DNA from: Elusimicrobiota bacterium | GTDB taxonomy: Bacteria > Elusimicrobiota > UBA8919 | DNA: 64,000 nucleotides | Direction of reading: 5' to 3' | Assembly (NCBI GenBank): GCA_016218625.1 | Contig: JACRDL010000065.1 | Span: 1,521-65,520, forward strand | In this document: piece by piece, positions 17,442-27,646 of the stretch | Layout of the letters: every line of letters begins with the position of its first letter | How positions within the stretch are numbered: position 1 is the first letter of the stretch | The notes under the pieces: generated by a model | Told to the model about the DNA's origin: nothing | Seen by the model: only the letters and a program-made list of their open reading frames with translations | Databases searched by the model: none | Made by a program: the position numbers and the translations under genes

Positions 17442-20198
17442 TTAGGTCTTTTCAAGCCGAACCGCACATACTTTCAATTCGGGAATTTTTGAAACAGGGT
17501 CAAGTGCAGTATTGCTGAATAGAACATTTGTTTTTGTTTCAGCAAAATGAAAACTCAAAGATATGGTGCCTTCCGGCGTGTTTTCGGTAATATGTACCCT
17601 GACACGAACATCGCCACGCCGAGAGACAACTTTGACAAAATTGCCGTCAATAAGATTCAATTTTTCAGCATCTAACGGATTTATCTCCAGCAGTTCTTCT
17701 GGCTTGAGTTTATTAAGCCCCTCAACTTTGCGTGTAAGTGTGCCTGTATGGTAGTGATACAATAACCGTTCTGTTGTAAGTATAAACGGGAACTCAGTAT
17801 CAGGTTGTTCTACTGATGGAGTATAGGAAACAGGCACAAACTTTCCTTTACCGCGGCTAAATCTATCTTTATGAAGAATATCTGTTCCCGGATGGTTGTC
17901 GTCGGGACAGGGCCACTTCAATGTCTTTTCTTTTAACCGTTTATATGAAATCCCTGCATAAATCGGCGCAACTTGGGCAATTTCGTCCATTATTTCAGAC
18001 GGCGTTTGGAATTCAAATCCGGGCTGATTCATTTTTTTTGCAAGTTCGCAAACAATCTGCCAGTCGGATTTTGATTCGCCCAGCGGCTTAATCGCCTTAT
18101 TTAAGAGTTGAACTCTTCTTTCGGTGTTGGTGTATGTGCCGTCTTTTTCAGCGAAACTGCACGCGGGAAGAACGATGTCGGCAAGTTTTGCCGTTTCTGT
18201 CAGAAACATATCCTGAACAACAAGAAACTCAAGTTCGGTCAATGAACACTCAGAGTGTTTTGAACACGGCTCGCTTAAAATAGGATTTTCTCCGATAATA
18301 TACATTGCTTTAATTTCGCGGATGTACGCTTTTTTGAACATCTCTGTCAGCGTTAATCCGGGATTGGAATTTAATTCTGTATTATAAAATTTCTCAAATT
18401 TTTGCTTTATTATTTCATCGGTTACAGATTGATATCCGGGAAATACATTCGGAAGCGCACCCATATCGCATGCACCCTGAACATTGTTCTGACCGCGCAG
18501 TGGATTTATTCCCGTTGACGGTTTGCCTATATTTCCTGTTAAAATCGCCATGTTGGAAACGGCGAAAACATTATCTGTTCCGTGCGAGTGCTGCGTTATG
18601 CCCATTCCGTAAAGAATCGTAGCGGGTTTTTCAGTCGCATATATTCTCGCCGCTTCTATAATCAAGTCCTTTTTAACGCCCGTAATTTTTTCTGTCTCAT
18701 CTAGATTTATCTCTTTCAAACTTTTTAGATACTCCTCGTAATTTTCGCATCTTTCGCGGATAAATTCCGCATCCTGCAGATTTTCATCAACAATAACTTT
18801 TGCGATGCTATTAAGCAAAGCAACATCGGTTCCTGGTTTATGATGCAAAGAAAGATATGCGAATTTACAGAGTTCAATTTTTTTGGGATTGATAATAATC
18901 AGTTTTGCACCGTTATCAACTGCTTGTTTTATTTTTAAACCTATTACGGGATGAGTGGATGTGGAATTTGAGCCGATTGACAGAATAGTTTTTGCAAACG
19001 CTATTTCAGAAATTGAATTGGTCATCGCACCGGAGCCGAGTGTTTTTGCAAGCCCTACAACGGTCGGGGCATGACAAAGACGGGCGCAATGGTCTATGTT
19101 GTTCGTCTTCAATACCGCGCGGGAAAATTTTTGTATGACATAATTTTCCTCGTTGGTGCACTTTGCCGACGACATAACGGCGATATCGCTGCCTTTATAT
19201 TTTGAAAACTTTTCGGCAATCAAACTTAATGCCTCGTTCCAATTTACAAATACAAAATCTGTATTTTTAAAACTTTTGTAGTCGCTTGATTTATCAAGCC
19301 CAATAAATTGGGCAACTACATCTTTTTTAACCAATGGTCTTGTAAGTCGTTCAGAATGGTGCACGAACTCTTTTATACCGAATCTACCTTTCACGCATAA
19401 TTGACCGTAATTTGTTGGACCATCAATGTCAGGAATTACTCTGACAATTTTTTCATCTCGGACTTCGGACTTCGGACTTCGGACTTCTAACTTAATTGAG
19501 CATCCGACGCCGCAGTAAGGACACAATGTTGTAATAACTTTATCCGGTTGAAACGATTCCTTAAAGTCCTTTTCCAAAAGCGCGCCGGTAGGACAGATAT
19601 CCACGCAGGCGCCGCAGAATTCACAATTTGAATCTTGGAGTTTTTTATTGAAAGAAGTGCCAGGTACCGATTTAATTCCGCGAAACATAAAATCTACCGC
19701 GGCGTTTTTTCTTAATTCTTCGCAGACACGAACGCATCTTCCGCAAAGAATGCACAAATTATAATCCCTGTTAAAAAACGGCTCTTCTTCGTATACGGTC
19801 AGGTTTTTATCTATAAAGGGCAAAGTTAATTTTTCAATTCCGAGATATGCGGCAATCTGCTGGAGTTCGCATCTCAAATTTTTATCACAAGTCGTGCATG
19901 TTTTATTATGTTCAGTTAAAATAAGTTCAAATACCTGCCGGCGCAAATTTTGAAGTTGTTCAGTATTTGTTCTGACAACCATCCCATCTTCAATATATGT
20001 AGTGCAAGCGGTTGGGCATCCTTTCATATTATCAATTTCCACAATACAAAGCCGACAAGCACCGTAGGGTTTAAGTCCGGGATAATAACATAAAGAGGGA
20101 ATATAAATATTATTTCTTTTTGCGGTTTCCAATACGGTTAAACCCCGTTCAATTTCTACTATTTTATCGTCAATGGTTAATTTTATTTTCATATTCAT
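17442..20198 (-). CDS. fdhF: Formate dehydrogenase alpha subunit (NuoG-like Fe-S N-terminus plus Mo/W-bis-PGD domain, Cys type)
   Basis: GACRLC, CILCGRCVRVC, CPYCGVGC, HCARLCHAP, LRGQNNVQG, FAEKDGTYTNTERR. Confidence 0.93.
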   Translation of the reverse strand: MNMKIKLTIDDKIVEIERGLTVLETAKRNNIYIPSLCYYPGLKPYGACRLCIVEIDNMKGCPTACTTYIEDGMVVRTNTEQLQNLRRQVFELILTEHNKTCTTCDKNLRCELQQIAAYLGIEKLTLPFIDKNLTVYEEEPFFNRDYNLCILCGRCVRVCEELRKNAAVDFMFRGIKSVPGTSFNKKLQDSNCEFCGACVDICPTGALLEKDFKESFQPDKVITTLCPYCGVGCSIKLEVRSPKSEVRDEKIVRVIPDIDGPTNYGQLCVKGRFGIKEFVHHSERLTRPLVKKDVVAQFIGLDKSSDYKSFKNTDFVFVNWNEALSLIAEKFSKYKGSDIAVMSSAKCTNEENYVIQKFSRAVLKTNNIDHCARLCHAPTVVGLAKTLGSGAMTNSISEIAFAKTILSIGSNSTSTHPVIGLKIKQAVDNGAKLIIINPKKIELCKFAYLSLHHKPGTDVALLNSIAKVIVDENLQDAEFIRERCENYEEYLKSLKEINLDETEKITGVKKDLIIEAARIYATEKPATILYGMGITQHSHGTDNVFAVSNMAILTGNIGKPSTGINPLRGQNNVQGACDMGALPNVFPGYQSVTDEIIKQKFEKFYNTELNSNPGLTLTEMFKKAYIREIKAMYIIGENPILSEPCSKHSECSLTELEFLVVQDMFLTETAKLADIVLPACSFAEKDGTYTNTERRVQLLNKAIKPLGESKSDWQIVCELAKKMNQPGFEFQTPSEIMDEIAQVAPIYAGISYKRLKEKTLKWPCPDDNHPGTDILHKDRFSRGKGKFVPVSYTPSVEQPDTEFPFILTTERLLYHYHTGTLTRKVEGLNKLKPEELLEINPLDAEKLNLIDGNFVKVVSRRGDVRVRVHITENTPEGTISLSFHFAETKTNVLFSNTALDPVSKIPELKVCAVRLEKT
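19278..19319. repeat. 42-nt GTAG...CTAC double-hairpin element in frame within FDH
   Basis: gtagtc-gcttgatttatcaagc-ccaataaattgggc-aactac; encodes VVAQFIGLDKSSDY. Confidence 0.8.
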
Positions 20199-21825
20199 TA
20201 GAAAAATGTTTTAATGTTGATATTACAGGATTGGGTGCTGCCTGACCCAACCCGCACAGCGAGGTCAATTTAATTGTTTGGGATAGTTCTTTTAGTTTTT
20301 CAAGGTCTTCTTTTTTTGCATTACCGCTTGTAATTTTTTCTAAAATATTTAAGAGTTGTTTTGTACCGACTCTGCATGGTGTACATTTGCCGCAGGACTC
20401 ATTTGAACTAAATTCAACAAAATACTTACACATTTGTGTAATATCCATTTTCGTATCTACGATGACAATTCCGCCGGAACCCATAGAAGCACTTATTTCG
20501 GAAAGCGACTCAAAATCTACCGGTTTATCCAGATATTTTCCCGGAACGCAACCTCCCGTAGGCCCTCCAATAAATACCGCTTTCAATTTTTTTCCTTTCG
20601 GCAAACCGCCGCAGATGTTAAAAATTATCTTCTTTAATGAAATACCAAGCGGTAACTCAACAACGCCTGAATTATTTACTATCCCTGAAATTGAAAATAA
20701 TTTTGTTCCCTTACTTTTTTCAGTTCCATATTTATTTAACCAATCGGCACCGTTCAGAATAATCTGCGGTACATTGGCATATGTTTCAACATTATTTATA
20801 ACAGTCGGTTTATCTGATAACCCTTTTTCAACCGGATACGGCGGTCTAAAACGAGGTATCGCTCTTTTACCGGAAATCAATTCCAAAAGGGCTGTCTCTT
20901 CACCTGAAACATATCCACCGGCAATTGTTACAACAAAAATTTGAAAACAGAAATTTGAGCCTAAAATATTCTTTCCAAGAAAACCCAACTCGGTAGCATC
21001 CTTTATCGCTTTTTGTATTCTCTCAATAGATAAAGAGTATTCATTATTAATATAGATATAGCCAACTTTTGCACCGATAGCATAACCGGCAATAACCATT
21101 CCCTCAATTATAGAATGCGGGTCGCTTTCCAATAAAACCCTGTCCTTAAAAGTTCCGGGTTCGCCTTCTTCTGCATTACAAATAATATAGGCGATTGGGC
21201 GATTGGGCGGTTGGGCGATTGAGTGACGACATAGTTCCCATTTTATACCTGTCGGGAAACCTACACCGCCGCGACCGCGCAGACCGGATTTTTTTATTTC
21301 GTTGATAATTCCTTCCGGTGACATTTTTAGTGCTTTTTCTAAACCACTATACCCACCCTCTGCGATATAATGATAAATATTTTCCGGATTTATAAATCCG
21401 CACCGTCGTAAAATCCGTCTTACCTGATGTTTCATAAATGGTATCTCCAACAAGTTGGATATACCATCTATTGATTTTTCGCCGACCGTTCCGATAACAA
21501 GATTTTTCGGTATGCTGTTATGTAAAATATAATCAACTATTTTTGGAACATTTTCAACTGTTACATTTCCAAAACAAATTCTTGGGCCGCCGGGTTTTGA
21601 TACATCAATCAGCGGTTCCAAGTAGCAAAGCCCGATGCAACCGACAGGGATTATTTCAAAATTGATTTTTTTCTTTCTACACAGGGTGACTAAAGCCGTC
21701 TCTACATCGTCGGCACCGGCGGATTTTCCGCAGGTTGCCATTCCAACAAAAATAAGTATTTTTGATGGATTTGTAATTTTTTCCCACTCGTTTATTGCAG
21801 TTAGTTTTATTTTTTGAAATGTCAT
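20170..21825 (-). CDS. NuoF/HydB-like FMN/NADH-binding subunit
   Basis: SGLRGRGGVGFPTG, CNAEEGEPGTFKDR, SGEETAL, SCGKCTPCR, SLCGLGQ. Confidence 0.92.
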   Translation of the reverse strand: MTFQKIKLTAINEWEKITNPSKILIFVGMATCGKSAGADDVETALVTLCRKKKINFEIIPVGCIGLCYLEPLIDVSKPGGPRICFGNVTVENVPKIVDYILHNSIPKNLVIGTVGEKSIDGISNLLEIPFMKHQVRRILRRCGFINPENIYHYIAEGGYSGLEKALKMSPEGIINEIKKSGLRGRGGVGFPTGIKWELCRHSIAQPPNRPIAYIICNAEEGEPGTFKDRVLLESDPHSIIEGMVIAGYAIGAKVGYIYINNEYSLSIERIQKAIKDATELGFLGKNILGSNFCFQIFVVTIAGGYVSGEETALLELISGKRAIPRFRPPYPVEKGLSDKPTVINNVETYANVPQIILNGADWLNKYGTEKSKGTKLFSISGIVNNSGVVELPLGISLKKIIFNICGGLPKGKKLKAVFIGGPTGGCVPGKYLDKPVDFESLSEISASMGSGGIVIVDTKMDITQMCKYFVEFSSNESCGKCTPCRVGTKQLLNILEKITSGNAKKEDLEKLKELSQTIKLTSLCGLGQAAPNPVISTLKHFSNEYENKINH

Positions 21826-22274
21826 TTTCTTAATTTCTTAATCTCTTTCTTCGCTTTCTGCGGGGTCATTCTGCTATAAACTTTATTATCAATTACGACT
21901 ACAGGCGATAGAGCACAACAGCCAAAACAGGATACACTTTCTAAACCAAATTTTTTATCGGGTGTAATTCCTCCGCAGGTAATCCCCAACTCTTTTTCTA
22001 AACTGTCAAGAATCTCCGCCCCAGCTCGGACATAACAGGCGGTGCCGAGACAAACTTTTATGGAGTGTTTTGGCGGTTTGGTGAATCTAAATTGGGAATA
22101 AAAACTTGCCACGCCAAAAATTTTTGATGCGGAAATTTTAAAAAAATTTGAAATATGTCCTACTGCTTTTTCTGGAATGTAACCTAATTTGTTTTGAATT
22201 TTTTGTAGGATGGGTATCAGGGCATCCGGATTGTTTTTATGGGTGTTGAGTATTTCCAATAGCCATTGTTCCAT
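21822..22274 (-). CDS. NuoE/HydC-like [2Fe-2S] subunit
   Basis: GVASFYSQF, VCLGTAC, SCFGCC; start at MEQWLL. Confidence 0.92.
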   Translation of the reverse strand: MEQWLLEILNTHKNNPDALIPILQKIQNKLGYIPEKAVGHISNFFKISASKIFGVASFYSQFRFTKPPKHSIKVCLGTACYVRAGAEILDSLEKELGITCGGITPDKKFGLESVSCFGCCALSPVVVIDNKVYSRMTPQKAKKEIKKLRK

Positions 22275-22357
22275 TTTATTATCCAGCGAGCGAGTGAAAT
22301 CAAAAATGAAGTTTTTGAATTTCCGAGTGAGTGCAGATAACACAGGGTGAAAACCCT

Positions 22358-23146
22358 TTATTTTTTTCTGTATGCCTCTAAATATGAATCACAATAAAGT
22401 TGTTTTCCGAGCAGAAGTTCTGCCGTTATCATTGAATCCATCAGTTCTTTATCTAATGGATTACAAATTGCAGCGTCAAGTCCTGATGCCAAAGCCATAA
22501 CAAGAAATGTTCTATCAACAAGCGGCCTGTCAACTGTTTTTTGGGAAACATTTGACAAACCCAAAATTGTTTTCGGAGGCGGGTCGCAGATAAGTTTGCA
22601 TTGTTTGATTGTTTCTAAAACCGCAGGTGCGTGGTCCTGCGCGACATTTACAGGAAGTATAATCGCATCAATAAAAAGATTTTCTATTTCAAGACCGTAC
22701 TCCATTGCTGATGCGACTATATTTGCCGCTATTTCAAGTCGTGCTTCTGCGTTTGCAGGAACACCGGATTTCGTCATTGTCAAGGCAATCACTTTTGCGT
22801 TGTATTTTTTGGCTAATGGAATAAGTATATCCAGTTTTTCTTTCTGCCCGGAAGTAGAATTTAAGATGGACCCCGGTCCCGCCAATGAAAGCCCTTTTTC
22901 CATAACAGCCAGTTTTGTTGTGTCAACAGCAATCGGTTTATCCGTTACCTCCCGTATTGTTGTGATGAGCCACTCCATATCTGCCAATGGCTCCGCAGAT
23001 GCAGGACCAACATTTACATCCAGCGCATCGGCACCGGCATCAAGTTGTTTTTTTGCTAACTCCTGAATTATCAGTTTGTTTTTTGTCGCAATCGCCTCAC
23101 TTACATTTTTAAACATCCCATTAATCTTTTCACCGATAATGAACAT
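22358..23146 (-). CDS. acsE: Methyl-THF:corrinoid methyltransferase
   Basis: IIGEKING, LDVNVG, GLSNVSQ, GLDAAI. Confidence 0.93.
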   Translation of the reverse strand: MFIIGEKINGMFKNVSEAIATKNKLIIQELAKKQLDAGADALDVNVGPASAEPLADMEWLITTIREVTDKPIAVDTTKLAVMEKGLSLAGPGSILNSTSGQKEKLDILIPLAKKYNAKVIALTMTKSGVPANAEARLEIAANIVASAMEYGLEIENLFIDAIILPVNVAQDHAPAVLETIKQCKLICDPPPKTILGLSNVSQKTVDRPLVDRTFLVMALASGLDAAICNPLDKELMDSMITAELLLGKQLYCDSYLEAYRKK

Positions 23147-23236
23147 ATTTCCTCCGTTCAGGATTAAGGATTAAGGATTAAGCGGGCAGTGTCAAAAAAC
23201 TTAATCCTTACAACTTATCACTTAATCCTGCCTCTT

Positions 23237-24424
23237 CTATTTCACCAGTTCCATTGTCTCTTTCGCAATTAAAATCTTTTCATTTCTTGGCAGAACGAAT
23301 ATTTTTACTTTTGAGTCAGGAGCGTTTATTTCACCTTCAATACCGATGGTTTTTTCGTTCTTTTTTGAATCAATTTTTATTCCGAATTTGTCAAGTCCTG
23401 TAAGTATTTTTTCTCTAATTAGCGGTGAATTTTCGCCTATCCCGCCCGTAAACGATATCGCTTCAACATCACCGTCTAAAACAAACCAGTATGAGCCGAG
23501 ATATTTTCTCGCTCTATAGACAAAAATATCTATTGCGAGTTTTGCTTTTGCATCACCCCTTTGGGCTGATTCAACAACTTTCTTCATCTCGGTACTTATT
23601 CCCGAAAGCCCGTAGGTGCCGCTTTCTTTGTTGAGCATCATTTCAAGTTCGCTCAATGTCCAGCCACTTCTTAAAAGATACAGAATGACGCCCGGACTGA
23701 TATCGCCAGGCCTGTCATTCATGACAAGCCCTTCAAGCGGCGTAAAACCCATTGATGTATCCACCGATTTTCCGTTTTTAATTGCGCAGATACTGGAACC
23801 TGCACCGAGATGGAAAGAAATCATCGTAGGCATTTTTTTGTTAAGTACTTGTGCGGTTCTTTCGGTCACATATTTATGTGAGATACCATGAAACCCGTAT
23901 CTTCTGATTTTATATTCATAATACAGCCGTTCCGGAAGCGCATATCTGAAGGCAACTTCTGGCATAGTTTGGTGGAATGAGGTATCAAATACCGCGACAT
24001 TTTTTTTGCCCGGGAAAATCGCCTCAACCGCCTCTATTCCTTTGAGGTTATAAGGATTGTGCAGCGGGGCAAGTTCAAAATCCTTATAAATTTCTTTTTT
24101 GACATTTTCATCAATTATAACCGACGAAGTAAATGTCCATCCGCCGTGAACAACCCTGTGACCGATACCATCTATCTCACCTTTTGATTTAAGACAGTTG
24201 TATTTAGGATTTGTAATTGTAGAAATTATCAGTTCAAGTCCTTTTTGATGGTCTAAAATCGGTTGAACAATTTTTTCGGTCTTATCACCAACAGTTTGCG
24301 TAAGCATTGTATCATCAAATCCAATGTGTTCCAAAACACCTTTGCATAATTCGGTTTTCTGCGGCATCTCAAAAACTTCATACTCAATAGAATAGATTCT
24401 GCAATTCAAAACAAGAATTTTCAT
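23237..24424 (-). CDS. ackA: Acetate kinase-family protein with divergent motifs
   Basis: GHRVVHGG, LAPLHNP, VFDTSFH, RRYGFHG, DTSMGFTPLEG, FTGGIGEN; GGAGG RBS before ATG 24424. Confidence 0.85.
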   Translation of the reverse strand: MKILVLNCRIYSIEYEVFEMPQKTELCKGVLEHIGFDDTMLTQTVGDKTEKIVQPILDHQKGLELIISTITNPKYNCLKSKGEIDGIGHRVVHGGWTFTSSVIIDENVKKEIYKDFELAPLHNPYNLKGIEAVEAIFPGKKNVAVFDTSFHQTMPEVAFRYALPERLYYEYKIRRYGFHGISHKYVTERTAQVLNKKMPTMISFHLGAGSSICAIKNGKSVDTSMGFTPLEGLVMNDRPGDISPGVILYLLRSGWTLSELEMMLNKESGTYGLSGISTEMKKVVESAQRGDAKAKLAIDIFVYRARKYLGSYWFVLDGDVEAISFTGGIGENSPLIREKILTGLDKFGIKIDSKKNEKTIGIEGEINAPDSKVKIFVLPRNEKILIAKETMELVK

Positions 24425-24442
24425 TTTTCCTCCTGATTTTGG

Positions 24443-24630
24443 AACCAGAGATGGATTCACCCTGTTAGAGTTCACTCTAACAGGGCAAGGATTAACACAG
24501 ATGACAACAAAGTTGTCATTGCGAGGGCGAAGCCCGTGGCAATCCCATCATTAAAACCGAGATTGCTTCACGGAGCAAGGTCCCGTTTTGACGGGATTCG
24601 CAATGACATTTCGGCGGCAATCCGTGGTTT
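24443..24630. repeat. Composite nested element containing a ccctgttag/ctaacaggg hairpin
   Basis: Same core as 4948 and 30860, with ccctgttagagttcactctaacaggg inserted at 24460-24485. Confidence 0.85.
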
Positions 24631-24713
24631 CAGTATATCTCCGTAATTCCACAAAACTAACACGAAACTTTTTAGCATTTGTTCTGCGTTTTAGTTTTGC
24701 GTCTGTTCCGCGT

Positions 24714-25667
24714 TTATTTTATCAATTTCTGAATATAATTTTTTACTTCTTTAACGACAGCGGGATGATTCATAACAATCACATCCGCGCCGGCTTGAAT
24801 ATACCCCGCCGCAGTGGTCAACTCCCACAAGATACCCCTCTGTTTCAAAGGGCCCCATTCCGGTTTTTCCGACTCATCTGCCCTACACTCTTTGGTCTTC
24901 CATGTTTCCTGTCCGACAAATGTTATAATCGGTTGCGACATCATTTTGTCGCCTGATAGTGCGGCAAGACGCGTTCTTTCAATTATCGTATAACAGTACT
25001 CAAACCCATACCCTAACCCGCCCGTCGACGGATGAATTACAAGTCGGTCGGAACCAAATCCCATATCGGTTATAAGAATGTTTAACTGCTTTTCAAGATT
25101 GATATCAAGTGGCGTCTCGGCAATAAGTGAATGTCCGCCCGACTGGGCCGCGGCTGTAAATGTTTTATAATTTTCTTTTGTTGCCATCCCGAGCAAACAA
25201 TTCTCGCCTTTTGCCGCTTGACTTACATCCATTATAATTGACGAATCCTTTTCATTGTTTCCGCAGCCGATAATCAGCATCGGCAGCGAAGTTGCAGACA
25301 AAACATCTTTTACCGTTTTTGCCACTTCGGTTGAAGAAGCATTTTTACCGTCGGGCTCTGCACTTTTCAAACGAAAGCATATTAAGTCAGCGCCCAATGT
25401 CTCGCATTTTTTCGCCCACTGGGTAGGGTCATTTAATACGCTGCCATATTCATTTTTAAGGACATCGGGCCAATCGGTAGGTTCTATATCCCAAACCTCC
25501 ATCGCAATAGCCGGAGGATTCGGATTCTCACCCTCAAAAAAAAGAAAAGGAAGCGTATTACTTCCCCCTATTTTAACCACCTTTGAACGCGTGCCGCCTG
25601 TTTCTTTGGTTGCGCCTATTATCAATTCATAAATCTTTCCGGGCCATTTTTCAATTGCTTGTTCCAT
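24714..25667 (-). CDS. acsD: Corrinoid Fe-S protein small subunit
   Basis: PAIAMEVWD, PLDINLEKQLN, GGLGYGFEY, RLAALSGD. Confidence 0.93.
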   Translation of the reverse strand: MEQAIEKWPGKIYELIIGATKETGGTRSKVVKIGGSNTLPFLFFEGENPNPPAIAMEVWDIEPTDWPDVLKNEYGSVLNDPTQWAKKCETLGADLICFRLKSAEPDGKNASSTEVAKTVKDVLSATSLPMLIIGCGNNEKDSSIIMDVSQAAKGENCLLGMATKENYKTFTAAAQSGGHSLIAETPLDINLEKQLNILITDMGFGSDRLVIHPSTGGLGYGFEYCYTIIERTRLAALSGDKMMSQPIITFVGQETWKTKECRADESEKPEWGPLKQRGILWELTTAAGYIQAGADVIVMNHPAVVKEVKNYIQKLIK

Positions 25668-25711
25668 AAATAACTCCAATTCAAAATTAAAAATTAAAAG
25701 TTAAAAATTAT

Positions 25712-27637
25712 TTAAGAATAATAATCTACATTTTTCATTTTTAATTGTTTTTTCACTGATGGAAACAGTTCCAAATTCGTATGCGGTAAAAACAAAGACG
25801 CCGTATAATTATTCATAAATTCCGGATCGGCGCTTAAATCTATATATGTCATTTTTTGCGCAATCTCATTGGCACGCCGCATGGCGCTCTGCGACAAAAG
25901 ACACATTTTACAACCTGTTATCGAGCCGTTGCCGATAAACGAAAACTTTTCTGTAGGTATTTCGGGGAACAGACCAATCACTATGGATTTTTCTATGTCA
26001 AGAGCATTTCCGAGCCCACCCGCTATAATCACCTTGGAAAGTTGATGAATATCAATGCCGATTTTTTTAGTCAAAACCTCTATGCCGGAAAATATGGCGC
26101 CTTTTGAATGTATGAGATTTTTGATGTCCGCCTGAGTAACGGAGATGTTGTCGGTAATGAAAAACTCATAGCCCTCTTCCGTTTTTTTGAGATGTTTTGA
26201 CGAACCTTTTATGAAATCTCCTGATTTATCAATAATTCCGTTTGTAAAAAGTTCGGCAACTATAGAAATTATACCCGCACCGCAGATACCTATTGGTTTT
26301 TCATTGCCAATCGTTTCAATTCTTAATTCTGATCCTGAATCAAGTTCAGGATTAATTCTGAATTTTTCAATCGCACCTGCTTGCGCCCGTATGCCGTGCT
26401 TTATCCCGCCGCCCTCGAAACAGGGACCAGCAGAAGTTGAGCAACAAGCCAAAAAATCTTTATTACCGAGAACAACTTCGCCATTTGTTCCCAAATCAAT
26501 AAAAAGTGCAAGGTGCGAAAAATTACTCATTCCGCTTGCTAAAACACCCGCCGTTATATCACCTCCGACATAACATGCAACATTAGGTATGGTCGCCAAA
26601 AGTCCTCGCGGATTTATTTTTATTCCCGCCTCCGCTGCACGAATTACCGGAAAAGCATTCGCGGCGGGCACATATGGCGAACGTCTTATGTGCGTGGGAT
26701 CAACCTTAAGCAGAAGGTGTATCATCGTTGTGTTTCCCGCAGCGGTAACGCAGTTTATATCGTTGAGCGAAATTTTGTCGGAAATTACATGAGAAACTAT
26801 CAAATCGTTAACCGCGTCAACTATAACATGGTGAATACGGTCAAGACCAGATGAATCGCCGGCATAGATTATCCTCGTAATGACGTCTTCGCCGAAAGAA
26901 ACCTGCGGGTTATACATCGCCTTTGCGGAGACAACCTTTTGTGCTTTTAAATCAACGAGATAAGAAACGACAGTCGTGGTTCCTATATCTACGGCAACCC
27001 CGAAATTTTTATCAGCCGTATTGCCCGGCTCAACAAGAACGACCTCCGTGGTTTCGTTTCTGTTGCCGAGCGTAACGGTTATTTTAAAATCTGATGTCCT
27101 CAAAAGTGAAGGAAGTTTTTTTATGTTCGCAAGCCCCATCTGCATAACGGGACTTGCCGTTTTTGACTTTCTTATTTCTCTGAATATCCTTTCAAGATCG
27201 GCAACGGCGTTCTCTATTGACGGACGCGGAACTTCCAGATACAATTTTGCCGAAAGCGGGCTGTACTCAAAAATCTTTTCCTCAAAAACTTCAACGGGGG
27301 GGGCGGCGCGCTCGGCCGGAGTATAAATCTCGCCCATGGTTAATATCTGGGCTTTTTCCACGCGGGATTCTTCGGGTACAAAAACATCTATATCAACTTT
27401 GCAAATAGTTCTGCAGGCAAGAACAAAACCGTCCTTTTTTTCTTTTTCGGAAAGAATCGCAGAATCGGTCGTAACCTCGCCCTTTAAAATTTTCACCTTA
27501 CATCTTCCGCAAATACCGTCGCCGCCGCAGGAATTGTAAATTTGGACGCCGGCCATAGTTGACGCTGAAAGCAGATCCGTCCCGGGCGAAACAGAAACCT
27601 CTTTATTATGCGGTAAAAATTTTATTTTGCAGGACAT
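25712..27637 (-). CDS. acsV: Reductive activator of corrinoid protein (RACo/AcsV; 2Fe-2S plus ASKHA)
   Basis: CGGDGICGRC, DIGTTT, GEDVITRI, YVGGDI, DLGTNGE, AGPCFEG. Confidence 0.9.
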   Translation of the reverse strand: MSCKIKFLPHNKEVSVSPGTDLLSASTMAGVQIYNSCGGDGICGRCKVKILKGEVTTDSAILSEKEKKDGFVLACRTICKVDIDVFVPEESRVEKAQILTMGEIYTPAERAAPPVEVFEEKIFEYSPLSAKLYLEVPRPSIENAVADLERIFREIRKSKTASPVMQMGLANIKKLPSLLRTSDFKITVTLGNRNETTEVVLVEPGNTADKNFGVAVDIGTTTVVSYLVDLKAQKVVSAKAMYNPQVSFGEDVITRIIYAGDSSGLDRIHHVIVDAVNDLIVSHVISDKISLNDINCVTAAGNTTMIHLLLKVDPTHIRRSPYVPAANAFPVIRAAEAGIKINPRGLLATIPNVACYVGGDITAGVLASGMSNFSHLALFIDLGTNGEVVLGNKDFLACCSTSAGPCFEGGGIKHGIRAQAGAIEKFRINPELDSGSELRIETIGNEKPIGICGAGIISIVAELFTNGIIDKSGDFIKGSSKHLKKTEEGYEFFITDNISVTQADIKNLIHSKGAIFSGIEVLTKKIGIDIHQLSKVIIAGGLGNALDIEKSIVIGLFPEIPTEKFSFIGNGSITGCKMCLLSQSAMRRANEIAQKMTYIDLSADPEFMNNYTASLFLPHTNLELFPSVKKQLKMKNVDYYS

Positions 27638-27646
27638 ACCCCCCCT

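Noticed and set aside
8759..20198. Selenocysteine in the hydrogenase or FDH
   Set aside because: Both have Cys at the relevant positions (DPCLAC, ARLCH) and no in-frame TGA.
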